DNA of 27,891 nt from the IMG/VR virus record IMGVR_UViG_3300005662_000010, positions 1 to 27,891 of that record. One strand, written 5' to 3'. Position numbers and translations under genes: made by a program. This stretch comes from a virus. Lineage: Duplodnaviria; Caudoviricetes. Below are positions 25,857-27,891 of this stretch, in pieces. Position 1 is the stretch's first letter, and every line of letters starts with the position of its first letter. The notes below the pieces were generated by a model. It had not been told where the DNA came from, did not search any database, and saw nothing but the letters and a program-made list of their open reading frames with translations.

Positions 25857-26411
25857 ATGCCTTGCTTAATCACAGCGGGCCGCAACATTGATTGTAAGAA
25901 TCAGTTAGGCGGCATCCGTAAGGTGTACATTCAAAACTACGTGGACATTCCTGCTCAAACGGGATTTACAGCCACGGGCAACACGATTAGCATAGTGACC
26001 TCGGGAACGGATTTGTCCGTTTACGAGTATCGACTGCGGCCGGAGTTGTCAAATTTTGACATTAGCATCTCTACGGACATCAACAACGGCACGTACTACT
26101 ACAGCCAAAAGTTGACTATTGTATTGCAAACTCCTGACGCGACGGACATCGCAGAGGTTCAAAACCTCACTTACGGCCGCCCCAACATTTGGGTACTCGA
26201 TAACGACGACCAACTCTATCTGTTGGGCGCACGTAACGGGATGGATGTAACGAGCGGTTCCTTTGCTTCAGGAACTGCGATGAACGATATGAAAGGTATC
26301 ACGCTGGAGTTTACGGGCCGCGAGCGGCAGATGTGCTACTTTGGTGCTGCCGGAACAGCAGCCAACCCATTTAGTGCCATCGACGGCATTGCGGTGGTTG
26401 CGCCTGCGTAA
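25857..26411 (+). CDS. Major tail tube protein
   Basis: MPCLITAGRNIDCKNQLGGI...NNGTYYYSQKL...G..NGMDV...GITLEFTGRE. Confidence 0.75.
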   Translation: MPCLITAGRNIDCKNQLGGIRKVYIQNYVDIPAQTGFTATGNTISIVTSGTDLSVYEYRLRPELSNFDISISTDINNGTYYYSQKLTIVLQTPDATDIAEVQNLTYGRPNIWVLDNDDQLYLLGARNGMDVTSGSFASGTAMNDMKGITLEFTGRERQMCYFGAAGTAANPFSAIDGIAVVAPA

Positions 26412-26430
26412 TTTCGGTTTGGTTAAGTGG

Positions 26431-26461
26431 AAAGGGGCGGCAAAAGTGCTGCCCCTTTTTT
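26431..26461 (+). terminator. Intrinsic terminator after the tail tube gene
   Basis: AAAGGGGCGGCA-AAAG-TGCTGCCCCTTT stem followed by a T tract. Confidence 0.85.
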
Positions 26462-26474
26462 GCATCTTTGAGAC

Positions 26475-26825
26475 ATGATACTCATCACAGCACAAGGCAA
26501 AGACAACTATACGACCTTCTATTTGTACTACCCGAATGCCCTGGCGGGAGACAGAAACTTCTTCGATTTCAAGCACCTTGTAACTCAAGAGACGTTCACC
26601 TTCGACATCGACGTGAACAGCGTCACGGAGCGTGCTACCGAGTATATTTATGATTTCGAGGGGTTGCCTGAAGGAATGTACATTGTGGGAGTAAACGAGA
26701 CCGTAGCAGGGCCATTGTTGCAGAGACATTTGGCTTACGTCTGCAACGGAACCCCTCTGACGGAGAGTACATTTGTCGAGTACAATCCCGCCCAAAGCCC
26801 TAACCACGTCTACGTAGATGACTAA
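26475..26825 (+). CDS. Small structural protein (head closure-like)
   Basis: 116 aa, beta-rich; between the tail tube and portal genes. Confidence 0.5.
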   Translation: MILITAQGKDNYTTFYLYYPNALAGDRNFFDFKHLVTQETFTFDIDVNSVTERATEYIYDFEGLPEGMYIVGVNETVAGPLLQRHLAYVCNGTPLTESTFVEYNPAQSPNHVYVDD

Positions 26826-27891
26826 GATTTCATTAAGCGTCCTCAATTACGGGCCGGAGTTAGGCAGCGCGTTCATCACGAACAACAAGGAGTGGGCGTT
26901 CTTTGGCGACGACAACGCCTACCCCTACTACCTCGAGGACTTGTACATCAGTTCGGCTATCAACTCGGCCATCATCAAAGGCATCGGGGACATGATTTAC
27001 GGGGAAGGGTTGGACTCCCCCGACAAGGATGCCCACGTCGACCAGTGGCTGAAGTTGCAGGGGCTGTTTAAAAAGGACTGTATGAAGCGTGCCGCCCACG
27101 ACCTCAAGTTGTACGGCAACTGCTACTTCCAAGTGATTTGGAGTCAAGACCGCAGCACCATCGCAGAGACCAATCACGTCCCTGCTTCGTACGTACGTTG
27201 CGGAAAGGCCGACGACCAAGACCAAGTTCCCACGTTCTACTACTCGACGAACTGGGCGGAGGTCAACGCAGGCCGCAGCGAGCCACAGCCCATCCCTGCT
27301 TTCAGCACGGACGACCGCACGGCCGCTTCGCACCTGATTCACATCAAGGTCTACAGCCCTATCGATTTTTACTACGGCATCCCGGACTACGTGGGTTCGA
27401 CCAAGTACATTGAGTTGGACAAAAACATCGCCGAATACCACCTCGCCAGCATCAAGAATGGCCTGTTCCCTTCGATGATGATTTCGTTCAATAACGGGCA
27501 ACCTACGGACGATGAGCGGGTGGAAATGGAGCGTGCCATCAACGCAAAATTCAGCGGGGCGGAAAACGCAGGAAGGATGCTTATCGTCTACAACGACGAC
27601 AAAGAGAACGCTCCGACGGTCGAGCCATTTAACATCCCTGACCCCCACCGCCTGTACGACTACCTCTCCAAGGAGGTCAGCCTCAAGGTGCTGTCGGGCC
27701 ATCGGGTGACTTCGCCTCTTCTCTTTGGGTTGCGAGGGGATACGGGATTCGGAAGTAACGCGGACGAGATGAAGGATGCCTACGAGTTGATGCTCAAGAC
27801 GGTCATCCTGCCTTTCCAGGAAATCCTGCTCGACGGCATCCGACCCATTCTTTCCGCCGCAAACATCACGCTGCCTTTGGAGTTCAAGAAA
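26818..27891 (+). CDS. Portal protein (N-terminal part; wraps to 213)
   Basis: Absent from the ORF track because it has no stop in the window. Translated by hand: MTKISLSVLNY...WAFFGDDNAYPYYLEDLY.SSAINSAIIKG; YYGIPDYVG; NGLFPS; KFSGAENAG; GHRVTSPLLFG. Confidence 0.9.
   Translation, partial: MTKISLSVLNYGPELGSAFITNNKEWAFFGDDNAYPYYLEDLYISSAINSAIIKGIGDMIYGEGLDSPDKDAHVDQWLKLQGLFKKDCMKRAAHDLKLYGNCYFQVIWSQDRSTIAETNHVPASYVRCGKADDQDQVPTFYYSTNWAEVNAGRSEPQPIPAFSTDDRTAASHLIHIKVYSPIDFYYGIPDYVGSTKYIELDKNIAEYHLASIKNGLFPSMMISFNNGQPTDDERVEMERAINAKFSGAENAGRMLIVYNDDKENAPTVEPFNIPDPHRLYDYLSKEVSLKVLSGHRVTSPLLFGLRGDTGFGSNADEMKDAYELMLKTVILPFQEILLDGIRPILSAANITLPLEFKK
27772..27891. repeat. Terminal direct repeat, copy 2
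   Basis: Identical to 1-120. Confidence 0.95.

Noticed and set aside
27772-27891. 120-bp terminal repeat as a biological DTR
   Set aside because: It falls in the middle of the portal gene and looks like an assembler overlap; a PBSX-type TerL is more consistent with headful packaging.
1-27891. Stop-codon reassignment (alternative genetic code)
   Set aside because: Core genes are intact under code 11, and all three stop codons end genes at sensible, coupled positions.

Overview
The window is an apparently complete, circularly permuted genome of a small tailed dsDNA phage (siphovirus-like). The unique length is about 27,771 bp, because bases 1-120 repeat exactly at 27772-27891 (most likely an assembly overlap). 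All credible genes are on the + strand. Bacteroidetes-type promoters (TTTG-N19-TAnnTTTG) and the gene families point to a Bacteroidota host. Modules: portal (spans the join), MuF-like head domain, adaptor, tail fibres, lysis, SSB, replication initiator with iteron origin, two DNA methyltransferases, NinG-like nuclease, TerS/TerL, tail genes, tape measure, XkdF-type prohead protease, scaffold, major capsid and tail tube. I recognised no integrase, repressor, polymerase, tRNA or CRISPR. Most notable: (1) a shared R-R-N-F-like peptide motif on the capsid protein, the scaffold and small acidic orphan proteins inserted in the head operon, suggesting protease-processed capsid cargo; (2) an A9 slippery site that could fuse the portal to a MuF-like domain; (3) a T9 frameshift in the tail chaperone; (4) a C5 methyltransferase with motif IX overprinted in the +1 frame; (5) apparent strong GATC/AGCT avoidance. 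All calls come from reading motifs by eye, with no database searches.
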